Positions 13,950 through 28,900 of a stretch of DNA of 64,000 nucleotides are shown here, one piece after another. Position 1 is the first letter of the stretch, and every line of letters starts with the position of its first letter. A program made the position numbers and the translations under genes. Location of the stretch: the NCBI GenBank assembly GCA_964016885.1, contig OZ024745.1, forward strand, positions 82,646,001 to 82,710,000. The letters run 5' to 3'. Below the pieces are notes generated by a model. That model saw only the letters and a list, made by a program, of their open reading frames with translations, made no database searches and had not been told where the DNA came from. Origin of the DNA: Eledone cirrhosa (lineage: Eukaryota).

Positions 13950-16900
13950 CCCCTTTCCACCATTACAGTGGACAATGTAGTCTTACATAACCCCTTTACC
14001 ACCATTACAATGGACAATGTAGTCTTACATAACCCCTTTACCACCATTACAATGGACAATGTAGTTTTTACATAACCCCTTTACCAGCATTACAGTGGAA
14101 AATGTAATCTTACATAACCCCTTTATCACGATTACAGTGGACAATGTAGTCTTACATAACCCATTTACCACCATTACAGTGGACAATGTAGTCTTACATA
14201 ACCCCTTTACCACCATTACAGTGGACAATGTAGCCTTACATAACCTCCTTACCACCATTACAGTGGGTAATGTAGTCTTACATAACACCTTTACCACCAT
14301 TACAGTGGACAATGTAGTCTTACATAACCCTTTTATCACCATTACAGTAGACAATGTAGCCTTACATAACCACTTTACCACCATTACAGTGGGTAATGTA
14401 GCCTTACATAACCTTTTACCACCATTTCAGTGGGTAATGTAGCCTTACATAACCCATTTACCACCATTACAGAGGACAATGTAGTCTTACATAACCCCTT
14501 TGCCACCATTACAGTGGACAATGTAGTCTTACATAACCCCTTTACCACCATTACAGTGGACAATGTAGTCTTACATAGCCCCTTTACCACCATTACAGTG
14601 GACAATGTAGTCTTACATAACACATTTACCACCATTACAGTGGACAATGTAGCCTTACATAACCCCTTTACCACCGTTACAGTGGACAATGTAGTCTTAC
14701 ATAACCCCTTTACCTCCATTATAGTGGACAATTTTGTCTTACATAACCCCTTTACCACCATTACAGTGGACAGTGTAGCCTTACATAACCCCTTTACCAC
14801 CATTACAGTGGACAGTGTAGCCTTACATAACCCCATTACCACCATTACAGTGGACAATGTAGTCTTACATAACCCCTTTACCACCATTACAGTGGACAAT
14901 GTAGCCTTACATAACCCCTTTACCACCATTACAGTGGACAGTGTAGCCTTACATAACCCCTTTACCACCATTACAGTGGACAATGTAGTCTTACATAACC
15001 CCTTTACCACCATTACAGTTGACAATGTAGTCTTACATAACCCCTTTACCACCATTACAGTTGACAATGTAATCTTACATAACCCCTTTACCACTATTAC
15101 AGTGGACAGTGTAGCCTTACATAACCCCTTTACCACCAATACAGTGGACAGTGTAGCCTTACATAACCCCTCTACCACCATTACAGTGGGTAATGTAGTC
15201 TTACATAACCTCTTTACCACCATTACAGTGGACAATGTAGTCTTACATAACCCCTCTACCACCATTACAGTGGACAATGTAGTCTTACATAACCCCTTTA
15301 CCACCATTACAGTGGAAATGTAGTCTTACATAACCCCTTTACCACCATTACAGTGGACAATGTAGCCTTACATAACCCCTTTACAACCATTACAGTGGAC
15401 AGTGTAGCCTTACATAACCCCTTTACCACCATTACAGTGGACAATGTAGTCTTACATAACCCCTTTACCACCATTACAGTTGACAATGTAGTCTTACATA
15501 ACCCCTTTACCACCATTACAGTTGACAATGTAATCTTACATAACCCCTTTACCACCATTACAGTGGACAGTGTAGCCTTACATAACCCCTCTACCACCAT
15601 TACAGTGGGTAATGTAGTCTTACATAACCCCTTTACCACCATTACAGTGGACAATGTAGTCTTACATAACCACTTTACCACCATTACAGTGGACAATGTA
15701 GTCTTACATGATCCCTTTACCACCATTACAGTGGACAATTTTGTCTTACATAGCCCCTTTACCACCATTACAGTGGACAGTGTAGCCTTACATAACCCCT
15801 TTACCACCATTACAGTGGACAGTGTAGCCTTACATAACCCCTTTACCACCATTACAGTGGACAATGTAGTCTTACATAACCCCTTTACCACCATTACAGT
15901 GCACACTATAGTCTTACATAACCCCTTTACCACCATTACAGTGGACAATGTAGTCTTACATAACCCCTTTACCACCATTACAGTGCACAATGTAGTCTTA
16001 CATAACCCCTTTACCACCATTACAGTGGACAATGTAGTCTTACATAACCCCTTTACCACCATTACAATGGACAATGTAGTCTTACATAACCCCTTTACCA
16101 CCATTACAGTGGACAATGTAGTCTTACATAACCCCTTTACCACCATTACAATGGACAATGTAGTTTTTACATAACCCCTTTACCAGCATTACAGTGGAAA
16201 ATGTAATCTTACATAACCCCTTTATCACGATTACAGTGGACAATGTAGTCTTACATAACCCATTTACCACCATTACAGTGGACAATGTAGCCTTACATAA
16301 CCTCCTTACCACCATTACAGTGGACAATGTAGTCTTACATAACCCTTTTATCACCATTACAGTAGACAATGTAGCCTTACATAACCACTTTACCACCATT
16401 ACAGTGGGTAATGTAGCCTTACATAACCTCTTTACCACCATTTCAGTGGGTAATGTAGCCTTACATAACCCCTTTACCACCATTACAGAGGACAATGTAG
16501 TCTTACATAACCCCTTTGCCACCATTACAGTGGACAATGTAGTCTTACAAAACCCCTTTACCACCATTACAGTGGACAATGTAGTCTTACATAGCCCCTT
16601 TACCACCATTACAGTGGACAATGTAGTCTTACATAACACATTTACCACCATTACAGTGAACAATGTAGCCTTACATAACCCCTTTACCACCGTTACAGTG
16701 GACAATGTAGTCTTACATAACCCCTTTACCTCCATTATAGTGGACAATTTTGTCTTACATAACCCCTTTACCACCATTACAGTGGACAGTGTAGCCTTAC
16801 ATAACCCCTTTACCACCATTACAGTGGACAGTGTAGCCTTACATAACCCCTTTACCACCATTACAGTGGACAATGTAGTCTTACATAACCCCTTTACCAC

Positions 16901-19900
16901 CATTACAGTGAACAATGTAGCCTTACATAACCCCATTACCACCATTACAGTGGACAGTGTAGCCTTACATAACCCCTTTACCACCATTACAGTGGACAAT
17001 GTAGTCTTACATAACCCCTTTACCACCATTACAGTTGACAATGTAGTCTTACATAACCCCTTTACCACCATTACAGTTGACAATGTAATCTTACATAACC
17101 CCTTTACCACTATTACAGTGGACAGTGTAGCCTTACATAACCCCTTTACCACCAATACAGTGGACAGTGTAGCCTTACATAACCCCTCTACCACCATTAC
17201 AGTGGGTAATGTAGTCTTACATAACCTCTTTACCACCATTACAGTGGACAATGTAGTCTTACATAACCCCTCTACCACCATTACAGTGGACAATGTAGTC
17301 TTACATAACCCCTTTACCACCATTACAGTGGAAATGTAGTCTTACATAACCCCTTTACCACCATTACAGTGGACAATGTAGCCTTACATAACCCCTTTAC
17401 AACCATTACAGTGGACAGTGTAGCCTTACATAACCCCTTTACCACCATTACAGTGGACAATGTAGTCTTACATAACCCCTTTACCACCATTACAGTTGAC
17501 AATGTAGTCTTACATAACCCCTTTACCACCATTACCATTGACAATGTAATCTTACATAACCCCTTTACCACCATTACAGTGGACAGTGTAGCCTTACATA
17601 ACCCCTCTACCACCATTACAGTGGGTAATGTAGTCTTACATAACCCCTTTACCACCATTACAGAGGACAATGTAGTCTTACATAACCCCTTTACCACCAT
17701 TACAGTTGACAATGTAGTCTTACATAACCCCTTTACCACCATTACAGTTGACAATGTAATCTTACATAACCCCTTTACTACCATTACAGTGGACAGTGTA
17801 GCCTTACATAATCCCTTTACCACCATTAAAGTGGACAATGTAGTCTTACATAACCCCTTTACCACCATTACAGTGGACAGTGTAGCCTTACTTAAACCCT
17901 TTACAACCATTACAGTTGACAATGTGGTCTTACATAACCCCTTTACCACCATTACAATGGACAATGTAGCCTTACATAACCCCTTTATCACCATTACAGT
18001 GGACAATGTAGCCTTACATAACCCCTTTACCACCATTACAATGGACAATGTAGTTTTTACATAACCCCTTTACCAGCATTACAGTGGAAAATGTAATCTT
18101 ACATAACCCCTTTATCACGATTACAGTGGACAATGTAGTCTTACATAACCCATTTACCACCATTACAGTGGACAATGTAGTCTTACATAACCCCTTTACC
18201 ACCATTACAGTGGACAATGTAGTCTTACATAACCTCCTTACCACCATTACAGTGGGTAATGTAGTCTTACATAACCCCTTTACCACCATTACAGTGGACA
18301 ATGTAGTCTTACATAACCCTTTTATTACCATTACAGTAGACAATGTAGCCTTACATAACCACTTTACCACCATTACAGTCGGTAATGTAGCCTTACATAA
18401 CCTCTTTACCACCATTTCAGTGGGTAATGTAGCCTTACATAACCCATTTACCACCATTACAGAGGACAATGTAGTCTTACATAACCCCTTTGCCACCATT
18501 ACAGTGGACAATGTAGTCTTACATAACCCCTTTACCACCATTACAGTGGACAATGTAGTCTTACATAGCCCCTTTACCACCATTACAGTGGACAATGTAG
18601 TCTTACATAACACATTTACCACCATTACAGTGGACAATGTAGCCTTACATAACCCCTTTACCACCGTTACAGTGGACAATGTAGTCTTACATAACCCCTT
18701 TACCTCCATTATAGTGGACAATTTTGTCTTACATAACCCCTTTACCACCATTACAGTGGACAGTGTAGCCTTACATAACCCCTTTACCACCATTACAGTG
18801 GACAGTGTAGCCTTACATAACCCCATTACCACCATTACAGTGGACAATGTAGTCTTACATAACCCCTTTACCACCATTACAGTGGACAATGTAGCATTAC
18901 ATAACCCCTTTACCACCATTACAGTGGACAGTGTAGCCTTACATAACCCCTTTACCACCATTACAGTGGACAATGTAGTCTTACATAACCCCTTTACCAC
19001 CATTACAGTTGACAATGTAGTCTTACATAACCCCTTTACCACCATTACAGTTGACAATGTAATCTTACATAACCCCTTTACCACTATTACAGTGGACAGC
19101 GTAGCCTTACATAACCCCTTTACCACCAATACAGTGGACAGTGTAGCCTTACATAACCCCTCTACCACCATTACAGTGGGTAATGTAGTCTTACATAACC
19201 TCTTTACCACCATTACAGTGGACAATGTAGTCTTACATAACCCCTCTACCACCATTACAGTGGACAATGTAGTATTACATAACCCCTTTACCACCATTAC
19301 AGTGGAGAATGTAGCCTTACATAACCCCTTTACAACCATTACAGTGGACAGTGTAGCCTTACATAACCCCTTTACCACCATTACAGTGGACAATGTAGTC
19401 TTACATAACCCCTTTACCACCATTACAGTTGACAATGTAGTCTTACATAACCCCTTTACCACCATTACAGTTGACAATGTAATCTTACATAACCCCTTTA
19501 CCACCATTACAGTGGACAGTGTAGCCTTACATAACCCCTCTACCACCATTACACTGGACAATGTAGTCTTACATAACCCCTTTATCACCATTACAGTGGA
19601 CAATGTAGCCTTACATAACCCCTTTACCATAATTACAGTGGGTAATGCAGTCTTACATAACCCCTTTACTACCATTACAGTGGAAAATGTAATCTTACAT
19701 AACCCCTTCATCACGATTACAGTGGACAATGTAGCCTTACATAACCCCTTTACCACTATTACAGTGAACAATGTAGTCTTACATAAACCCTTTACCACCA
19801 TTACAGTGGACAATTTTGTCTTACATAACCCCTTTACAACCATTACAGTAGACAATGTAGCCTTACATAACCCCTTTACAACCATTACAGTGGACAGTGT

Positions 19901-20880
19901 AGCCTTACATAACCCCTTTACCACCATTACAGTGGACAATGTAGTCTTACATAACCCCTTTACCACCATTACAGTGTACAATGTAGCCTTACATAACCCC
20001 TTTACCACCATTAGAGTTTACAATGTAGTCTTACATAACCCCTTTACCATCATTACAGTTGACAATGTAATCTTACATAACCCCTTTACCACCATTACAG
20101 TGGACAGTGTAGCCTTACATAACCCCTTTACCACCATTACAGTGGAAAATGTAGTCTTACATAACCCCTCTACCACCATTACAGTGGGTAATGTAGTCTT
20201 ACATAACCCCTTTACCACCATTAAAGTGGACAATGTAGTCTTACATAACCCCTTAACCACCATTACAGTGGACAATGTAGTCTTACATAACCCCTTTACC
20301 ACCATTACAGTGGACAGTGTAGCCTTACATAACCCCTTTACCACCATTACATTGGACAATGTAGCCTTACATAACCCCTTTACCACCATTACAGTGGACA
20401 ATGTAGTCTTACATAACCCCTTTACCACCATTAAAGTGGACAATGTAGTCTTACATAACCCCTTTACCACCATTACAGTGGACAATTTAGTCTTACATAA
20501 CCCCTTTACCACCATTACAGTGGACAATGTAGTCTTACATAACCCCTTTACCACCATTACAGTGGAAAATGTAGTCTTACATAACCCCTTTACCACCATT
20601 ACAGTGGACAATGTAGCCTTACATAACCCCTTTACCACCATTACAGTGGACAATGTAGTCTTACATAATCCCTTTACCACCATTACAGTGGACAATTTTG
20701 TCTTACATAGCCCCTTTACCACCATTACAGTGGACAGTGTAGCCTTACATAACCCCTTTACCACCATTACAGAGGACAGTGTAGCCTTACATAACCCCTT
20801 TACCACCATTACAGTGGACAATGTAGTCTTACATAACCCCTTTACCACCATTACAGTGCACAATGTAGTCTTACATAACC
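13950..20880. repeat. Large block paralogous to ~30960-38020 (offset ~16.9-17.1 kb)
   Basis: Same module order. ORF pairs 14025/31035, 15307/32276, 16124/33093, 17323/34250, 18014/35151. ORFs 15353..16174 and 32322..33143 are identical. Confidence 0.8.
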
Positions 20881-21930
20881 CCTTTACCACCATTACAGTG
20901 GACAATGTAGTCTTACATAACCCCTTTACCACCATTACAGTGCACAATGTAGTCTTACATAACCCCTTTACCACCGTTACAGTGGACAATGTAGTCTTAC
21001 ATAACCCCTTTACCACCATTACAATGGACAATGTAGTCTTACATAACCCCTTTACCACCATTACAATGGACAATGTAGTTTTTACATAACCCCTTCATCA
21101 CGATTACAGTGGACAATGTAGCCTTACATAACCCCTTTACCACTATTACAGTGGACAATGTAGTCTTACATAACCCCTTTACCACCATTACAGTGGACAA
21201 TTTTGTCTTACATAACCCCTTTACAACCATTACAGTAGACAATGTAGCCTTACATAACCCCTTTACAACCATTACAGTGGACAGTGTAGCCTTACATAAC
21301 CCCTTTACCACCATTACAGTGGAAATGTAGTCTTACATAACCCCTTTACCACCATTACAGTGTACAATGTAGCCTTACATAACCCCTTTACCACCATTAG
21401 AGTTTACAATGTAGTCTTACATAACCCCTTTACCATCATTACAGTTGACAATGTAGTCTTACATAACCCCTTTACCACCATTAAAGTGGACAATGTAGTC
21501 TTACATAACCCCTTTACCACCATTACAGTGGACAATTTAGTCTTACATAACCCCTTTACCACCATTACAGTGGACAATGTAGTCTTACATAACCCCTTTA
21601 CCACCATTACAGTGGAAAATGTAGTCTTACATAACCCCTTTACCACCATTACAGTGGACAATGTAGCCTTACATAACCCCTTTACCACCATTACAGTGGA
21701 CAATGTAGTGTTACATAATCCCTTTACCACCATTACAGTGGACAATTTTGTCTTACATAGCCCCTTTACCACCATTACAGTGGACAGTGTAGCCTTACAT
21801 AACCCCTTTACCACCATTACAGAGGACAGTGTAGCCTTACATAACCCCTTTACCACCATTACAGTGGACAATGTAGTCTTACATAACCCCTTTACCACCA
21901 TTACAGTGCACAATGTAGTCTTACATAACC
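18540..21930. repeat. Block duplicated at ~26100-29490 (offset 7,560 bp = 180 monomers)
   Basis: Private variant GTAGCATTAC at 18891 and 26451. ORF pairs 20018/27578, 21039/28599, 21109/28669 and 21360/28920 are all offset by 7,560. Confidence 0.9.
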
Positions 21931-21939
21931 CCTTTACCA

Positions 21940-23690
21940 CCATTACAGTGGACAATTTTGTCTTACATAACCCCTTTACAACCATTACAGTAGACAATGT
22001 AGCCTTACATAACCCCTTTACAACCATTACAGTGGACAGTGTAGCCTTACATAACCCCTTTACCACCATTACATTGGACAATGTAGTCTTACATAACCCC
22101 TTTACCACCATTACAGTGTACAATGTAGCCTTACATAACCCCTTTACCACCATTAGAGTTTACAATGTAGTCTTACATAACCCCTTTACCATCATTACAG
22201 TTGACAATGTAATCTTACATAACCCCTTTACCACCATTACAGTGGACAGTGTAGCCTTACATAACCCCTTTACCACCATTACAGTGGAAAATGTAGTCTT
22301 ACATAACCCCTCTACCACCATTACAGTGGGTAATGTAGTCTTACATAACCCCTTTACCACCATTAAAGTGGACAATGTAGTCTTACATAACCCCTTAACC
22401 ACCATTACAGTGGACAATTTTGTCTTACATAACCCCTTTACCACCATTACAGTGGACAGTGTAACCTTACATAACCCCTTTACCACCATTACATTGGACA
22501 ATGTAGCCTTACATAACCCCTTTACCACCATTACAGTGGACAATGTAGTCTTACATAACCCCTTTACCACCATTACAGTGGACAATGTAGTCTTACATAA
22601 CCCCTTTACCACCATTACAGTGGACAATTTAGTCTTACATAACCCCTTTACCACCATTACAGTTGACAATGTAGTCTTACATAACCCCTTTACCACCATT
22701 ACAGTGGAAAATGTAGTCTTACATAACCCCTTTACCACCATTACAGTGGACAATGTAGCCTTACATAACCCCTTTACCACCATTACAGTGGACAATGTAG
22801 TCTTACATAATCCCTTTACCACCATTACAGTGGACAATTTTGTCTTACATAGCCCCTTTACCACCATTACAGTGGACAGTGTACCCTTACATAACCCCTT
22901 TACCACCATTACAGTGGACAGTGTAGCCTTACATAACCCCTTTACCACCATTACAGTGGACAATGTAGTCTTACATAACCCCTTTACCACCATTACAGTG
23001 CACAATGTAGTCTTACATAACCCCTTTACCACCATTACAGTGGACAATGTAGTCTTACATAACCCCTTTACCACCATTACAGTGCACAATGTAGACTTAC
23101 ATAACCCCTTTCCACCATTACAGTGGACAATGTAGTCTTACATAACCCCTTTACCACCATTACAATGGACAATGTAGTCTTACATAACCCCTTTACCACC
23201 ATTACAATGGACAATGTAGTTTTTACATAACCCCTTTACCAGCATTACAGTGGAAAATGTAATCTTACATAACCCCTTTATCACGATTACAGTGGACAAT
23301 GTAGTCTTACATAACCCATTTACCACCATTACAGTGGACAATGTAGTCTTACATAACCCCTTTACCACCATTACAGTGGAAAATGTAGCCTTACATAACC
23401 TCCTTACCACCATTACAGTGGGTAATGTAGTCTTACATAACCCCTTTACCACCATTACAGTGGACAATGTAGTCTTACATAACCCTTTTATCACCATTAC
23501 AGTAGACAATGTAGCCTTACATAACCACTTTACCACCATTACAGTGGGTAATGTAGCCTTACATAACCTCTTTACCACCATTTCAGTGGGTAATGTAGCC
23601 TTACATAACCCATTTACCACCATTACAGAGGACAATGTAGTCTTACATAACCCCTTTGCCACCATTACAGTGGACAATGTAGTCTTACAT
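21940..23690. repeat. Block present three times: here, ~29795-31545 (+7,855) and ~41683-43433 (a further +11,888)
   Basis: AGTGTAACC variant at ~22461, ~30316 and ~42204. ORFs 22160/30015/41903 and 23180/31035/42923. Confidence 0.88.
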
Positions 23691-23699
23691 AACCCCTTT

Positions 23700-25950
23700 A
23701 CCACCATTACAGTTGACAATGTAGTCTTACATAACCCCTTTACCACCATTACAGTTGACAATGTAATCTTACATAACCCCTTTACCACCATTACAGTGGA
23801 CAGTGTAGCCTTACATAACCCCTCTACCACCATTACAGTGGGTAATGTAGTCTTACATAACCCCTTTACCACCATTACAGTGGACAATGTAGTCTTACAT
23901 AACCACTTTACCACCATTACAGTGGACAATGTAGTCTTACATGATCCCTTTACCACCATTACAGTGGACAATTTTGTCTTACATAGCCCCTTTACCCCCA
24001 TTACAGTGGACAGTGTAGCCTTACATAACCCCTTTACCACCATTACAGTGGACAGTGTAGCCTTACATAACCCCTTTACCACCATTACAGTGGACAATGT
24101 AGTCTTACATAACCCCTTTACCACCATTACAGTGCACACTATAGTCTTACATAACCCCTTTACCACCATTACAGTGGACAATGTAGTCTTACATAACCCC
24201 TTTACCACCATTACAGTGCACAATGTAGTCTTACATAACCCCTTTACCACCATTACAGTGGACAATGTAGTCTTACATAACCCCTTTACCACCATTACAA
24301 TGGACAATGTAGTCTTACATAACCCCTTTACCACCATTACAGTGGACAATGTAGTCTTACATAACCCCTTTACCACCATTACAATGGACAATGTAGTTTT
24401 TACATAACCCCTTTACCAGCATTACAGTGGAAAATGTAATCTTACATAACCCCGTTATCACGATTACAGTGGACAATGTAGTCTTACATAACCCATTTAC
24501 CACCATTACAGTGGACAATGTAGCCTTACATAACCTCCTTACCACCATTACAGTGGACAATGTAGTCTTACATAACCCTTTTATCACCATTACAGTAGAC
24601 AATGTAGCCTTACATAACCACTTTACCACCATTACAGTGGGTAATGTAGCCTTACATAACCTCTTTACCACCATTTCAGTGGGTAATGTAGCCTTACATA
24701 ACCCCTTTACCACCATTACAGAGGACAATGTAGTCTTACATAACCCCTTTGCCACCATTACAGTGGACAATGTAGTCTTACATAACCCCTTTACCACCAT
24801 TACAGTGGACCATGTAGTCTTACATAGCCCCTTTACCACCATTACAGTGGACAATGTAGTCTTACATAACACATTTACCACCATTACAGTGAACAATGTA
24901 GCCTTACATAACCCCTTTACCACCGTTACAGTGGACAATGTAGTCTTACATAACCCCTTTACCTCCATTATAGTGGACAATTTTGTCTTACATAACCCCT
25001 TTACCACCATTACAGTGGACAGTGTAGCCTTACATAACCCCTTTACCACCATTACAGTGGACAGTGTAGCCTTACATAACCCCTTTACCACCATTACAGT
25101 GGACAATGTAGTCTTACATAACCCCCTTACCACCATTACAGTGAACAATGTAGCCTTACATAACCCCATTACCACCATTACAGTGGACAGTGTAGCCTTA
25201 CATAACCCCTTTACCACCATTACAGTGGACAATGTAGTCTTACATAACCCCTTTACCACCATTACAGTTGACAATGTAATCTTACATAACCCCTTTACCA
25301 CTATTACAGTGGACAGTGTAGCCTTACATAACCCCTTTACCACCAATACAGTGGACAGTGTAGCCTTACATAACCCCTCTACCACCATTACAGTGGGTAA
25401 TGTAGTCTTACATAACCTCTTTACCACCATTACAGTGGACAATGTAGTCTTACATAACCCCTCTACCACTATTACAGTGGACAATGTAGTCTTACATAAC
25501 CCCTTTACCACCATTACAGTGGAAATGTAGTCTTACATAACCCCTTTACCACCATTACAGTGGACAATGTAGCCTTACATAACCCCTTTACATCCATTAC
25601 AGTGGACAGTGTAGCCTTACATAACCCCTTTACCACCATTACAGTGGACAATGTAGTCTTACATAACCCCTTTACCACCATTACAGTTGACAATGTAGTC
25701 TTACATAACCCCTTTACCACCATTACAGTTGACAATGTAATCTTACATAACCCCTTTACCACCATTACAGTGGACAGTGTAGCCTTACATAACCCCTCTA
25801 CCACCATTACAGTGGGTAATGTAGTCTTACATAACCCCTTTACCACCATTACAGTGGACAATGTAGTCTTACATAACCCCTTTACCACCATTACAGTTGA
25901 CAATGTAGTCTTACATAACCCCTTTACCACCATTACAGTTGACAATGTAA
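23700..25950. repeat. Block duplicated at ~32436-34690 (offset 8,736 bp = 208 monomers)
   Basis: Private CCCCGTTATC at ~24450 and ~33186, and AACCCCCTTAC at ~25120 and ~33856. ORF pairs 24357/33093, 24427/33163, 25514/34250. Confidence 0.88.
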
Positions 25951-28900
25951 TCTTACATAACCCCTTTACTACCATTACAGTGGACAGTGTAGCCTTACAT
26001 AATCCCTTTACCACCATTAAAGTGGACAATGTAGTCTTACATAACCCCTTTACCACCATTACAGTGGACAGTGTAGCCTTACTTAAACCCTTTACCACCA
26101 TTACAGTGGACAATGTAGTCTTACATAGCCCCTTTACCACCATTACAGTGGACAATGTAGTCTTACATAACACATTTACCACCATTACAGTGGACAATGT
26201 AGCCTTACATAACCCCTTTACCACCGTTACAGTGGACAATGTAGTCTTACATAACCCCTTTACCTCCATTATAGTGGACAATTTTGTCTTACATAACCCC
26301 TTTACCACCATTACAGTGGACAGTGTAGCCTTACATAACCCCTTTACCACCATTACAGTGGACAGTGTAGCCTTACATAACCCCATTACCACCATTACAG
26401 TGGACAATGTAGTCTTACATAACCCCTTTACCACCATTACAGTGGACAATGTAGCATTACATAACCCCTTTACCACCATTACAGTGGACAGTGTAGCCTT
26501 ACATAACCCCTTTACCACCATTACAGTGGACAATGTAGTCTTACATAACCCCTTTACCACCATTACAGTTGACAATGTAGTCTTACATAACCCCTTTACC
26601 ACCATTACAGTTGACAATGTAATCTTACATAACCCCTTTACCACTATTACAGTGGACAGCGTAGCCTTACATAACCACTTTACCACCAATACAGTGGACA
26701 GTGTAGCCTTACATAACCCCTCTACCACCATTACAGTGGGTAATGTAGTCTTACATAACCTCTTTACCACCATTACAGTGGACAATGTAGTCTTACATAA
26801 CCCCTATACCACCATTACAGTGGACAATGTAGTATTACATAACCCCTTTACCACCATTACAGTGGAGAATGTAGCCTTACATAACCCCTTTACAACCATT
26901 ACAGTGGACAGTGTAGCCTTACATAACCCCTTTACCACCATTACAGTGGACAATGTAGTCTTACATAACCCCTTTACCACCATTACAGTTGACAATGTAG
27001 TCTTACATAACCCCTTTACCACCATTACAGTTGACAATGTAATCTTACATAACCCCTTTACCACCATTACAGTGGACAGTGTAGCCTTACATAACCCCTC
27101 TACCACCATTACACTGGACAATGTAGTCTTACATAACCCCTTTATCACCATTACAGTGGACAATGTAGCCTTACATAACCCCTTTACCATAATTACAGTG
27201 GGTAATGCAGTCTTACATAACCCCTTTACTACCATTACAGTGGAAAATGTAATCTTACATAACCCCTTCATCACGATTACAGTGGACAATGTAGCCTTAC
27301 ATAACCCCTTTACCACTATTACAGTGAACAATGTAGTCTTACATAAACCCTTTACCACCATTACAGTGGACAATTTTGTCTTACATAACCCCTTTACAAC
27401 CATTACAGTAGACAATGTAGCCTTACATAACCCCTTTACAACCATTACAGTGGACAGTGTAGCCTTACATAACCCCTTTACCACCATTACAGTGGACAAT
27501 GTAGTCTTACATAACCCCTTTACCACCATTACAGTGTACAATGTAGCCTTACATAACCCCTTTACCACCATTAGAGTTTACAATGTAGTCTTACATAACC
27601 CCTTTACCATCATTACAGTTGACAATGTAATCTTACATAACCCCTTTACCACCATTACAGTGGACAGTGTAGCCTTACATAACCCCTTTACCACCATTAC
27701 AGTGGAAAATGTAGTCTTACATAACCCCTCTACCACCATTACAGTGGGTAATGTAGTCTTACATAACCCCTTTACCACCATTAAAGTGGACAATGTAGTC
27801 TTACATAACCCCTTAACCACCATTACAGTGGACAATGTAGTCTTACATAACCCCTTTACCACCATTACAGTGGACAGTGTAGCCTTACATAACCCCTTTA
27901 CCACCATTACATTGGACAATGTAGCCTTACATAACCCCTTTACCACCATTACAGTGGACAATGTAGTCTTACATAACCCCTTTACCACCATTAAAGTGGA
28001 CAATGTAGTCTTACATAATCCCTTTACCACCATTACAGTGGACAATTTAGTCTTACATAACCCCTTTACCACCATTACAGTGGACAATGTAGTCTTACAT
28101 AACCCCTTTACCACCATTACAGTGGAAAATGTAGTCTTACATAACCCCTTTACCACCATTACAGTGGACAATGTAGCCTTACATAACCCCTTTACCACCA
28201 TTACAGTGGACAATGTAGTCTTACATAATCCCTTTACCACCATTACAGTGGACAATTTTGTCTTACATAGCCCCTTTACCACCATTACAGTGGACAGTGT
28301 AGCCTTACATAACCCCTTTACCACCATTACAGAGGACAGTGTAGCCTTACATAACCCCTTTACCACCATTACAGTGGACAATGTAGTCTTACATAACCCC
28401 TTTACAACCATTACAGTGCACAATGTAGTCTTACATAACCCCTTTACCACCATTACAGTGGACAATGTAGTCTTACATAACCCCTTTACCACCATTACAG
28501 TGCACAATGTAGTCTTACATAACCCCTTTACCACCGTTACAGTGGACAATGTAGTCTTACATAACCCCTTTACCACCATTACAATGGACAATGTAGTCTT
28601 ACATAACCCCTTTACCACCATTACAATGGACAATGTAGTTTTTACATAACCCCTTCATCACGATTACAGTGGACAATGTAGCCTTACATAACCCCTTTAC
28701 CACTATTACAGTGGACAATGTAGTCTTACATAACCCCTTTACCACCATTACAGTGGACAATTTTGTCTTACATAACCCCTTTACAACCATTACAGTAGAC
28801 AATGTAGCCTTACATAACCCCTTTACAACCATTACAGTGGACAGTGTAGCCTTACATAACCCCTTTACCACCATTACAGTGGAAATGTAGTCTTACATAA